Shown here: piece by piece, positions 62,797 through 64,000 of the stretch | How the letters are laid out: each line of letters opens with the position of its first letter | How positions within the stretch are numbered: the first letter of the stretch is position 1 | Assembly (NCBI GenBank): GCA_010405405.1 | Contig: MU004231.1 | Coordinates: forward strand, 4,204,884-4,268,883 | From: Microthyrium microscopicum | Lineage: Eukaryota | Length of the DNA: 64,000 bases | Direction of reading: 5' to 3' | Notes under the pieces: model-generated | Databases searched by the model: none | Seen by the model: only the letters and a program-made list of their open reading frames with translations | Told to the model about the DNA's origin: nothing | Made by a program: the position numbers and the translations under genes

Positions 62797-64000
62797 ATGG
62801 AAAACAGATCAACCGAGAATCCCAGCGTTTTGGGTACGACTTCACAGCACGATCAGATCGATCGGACAGACAATGCGCCTTCAAACGCCGACGCTCAACC
62901 ACCAGTCCCAGGAACACAAAATGAACCGTCTCTAGGATCTACTCCGTCCAGAGCGCCTAGGCCGATCTCTCCCGCCAATCCTGCAATATCTGGCTCTTCC
63001 GCCATCCCCGCCTCATCATCCAGAGCTCCGTCCACGCCTACACAACTCACACCACCAAGCATAGAAACAACAAGGCCCACATCTCCACGGAGATCGCCGC
63101 CTGGACTGGGTCGCAAACGGACAAATAGTCCACCACAAGATGCAGGTAGTAGTCGCCCAAGTTTGCGAGCGAGCGGACGGCAATCAAGCATTCGCATCCG
63201 TAGGTCTGCGCAGAACGTGCCTACCATTGGCGCAACACAAACGGGGCCATCGACAGGCACGGCCTTGAATTCTGTGCAGGAGCCTTCGGAGGACACGACT
63301 GGGAGGAGAAGGAGTACGTCGGATCCATCGCGAGGAGATCCTTCGCGGGGAGGACTTTTGCCTGGGTCTTCACCATTGCGAATGAGTAGATCAAGTGCTG
63401 TGCTAGATTCCAGAATGCCAGCGGTACAGGAAGAATTATCTGCACAGGGATCTCGTTCGGCGCGTCAGGATGGGCCGGAGTATGAGGGGATGACACGAAC
63501 TGATATACACGACTTTGAGGGCAGTGGCTCAGGCAGCATGCCGTCGGATCTAGGGGATGAGTATCGATCCGATCTGGTTGATGTTCTGGATACCATTGGT
63601 ATTTGGGTTCTTATCCGTAAAGAAAAGCCGTTGCTAACTTGGTGCTCGTAGATCCTGAAGTTTCTACGCTCACGACCCTTACGAACCTCCAGAATTCGCT
63701 ATTTGTTCCTGATTTAGGACGATTTCTCTCGCGCCGGCCTGTATATACGTTGACACCGACACCCACAAGAACGTCGACGTTTCCTGCACCTGCAAAACCA
63801 TCTCCTCCTATAGCGGAAGCTCCTACAGACATTGAGCCTGAGCCTGAGGACAGACGGACTCTTCAGCGCACTTCAACGATCGATTCGACGCTGAGCGAAT
63901 CTCGATATGCTGTGTTACCGCATGGGAGAGATTTGGCTGGCTGGTCGCGAATAGAAAAAGACGAAGTTAATGACCACGTCAGACACATGCTACACTCAAG
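62797..64000 (+). CDS. DUF2985-like membrane protein, 5' part (runs off the window); intron 63599-63651
   Basis: Spliced 'DLVDVLDTI|DPEVSTLTTLTNLQNSLFVPDLGRFLSRRP..YAVLPHG..LAGWS..NDHVRHMLHS', motifs I recall preceding DUF2985 in ascomycete proteins. Confidence 0.7.

Overview
Gene-dense, intron-containing genomic DNA from a filamentous ascomycete (Pezizomycotina; GT..AG introns mostly 45-60 nt with CTRAY branch sites). I can support 19 protein-coding genes: a conserved S/P/R-rich protein (truncated at the left edge), an epoxide hydrolase, an Mx-like dynamin-related GTPase, an Nrp1-type RNA-binding protein, an F-box protein, a GT25-like glycosyltransferase, NmrA, an L-asparaginase with ankyrin repeats, an Ecm15/UPF0045 protein, Ipk1, a cutinase, an LCCL membrane protein, an MFS transporter, calcineurin A, a multi-pass membrane protein, myosin II, a Red1-like zf-C3H1 protein and a DUF2985-like protein (truncated at the right edge) make 18 family-level or conserved calls, and two tiny spliced orphan ORFs absent from the ORF track are weaker additional candidates. 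No rRNA, tRNA, CRISPR array or intact transposon was recognised. The most interesting observations are: (1) an Mx-like dynamin with a Q/N/Y-rich N-terminus and an epsin-like tail (NPF + UIM + PxxPxR); (2) a roughly 200-nt base-paired element with a hidden 5' splice site inside the 486-nt intron of the Nrp1 gene; (3) a tandem pair of two-exon microprotein genes that share splice-junction sequence; (4) repeated sharp C-rich to G-rich strand-skew switches; (5) a MITE-like inverted-repeat relic. All gene models and foldings were done by eye; no database search or folding program was run.
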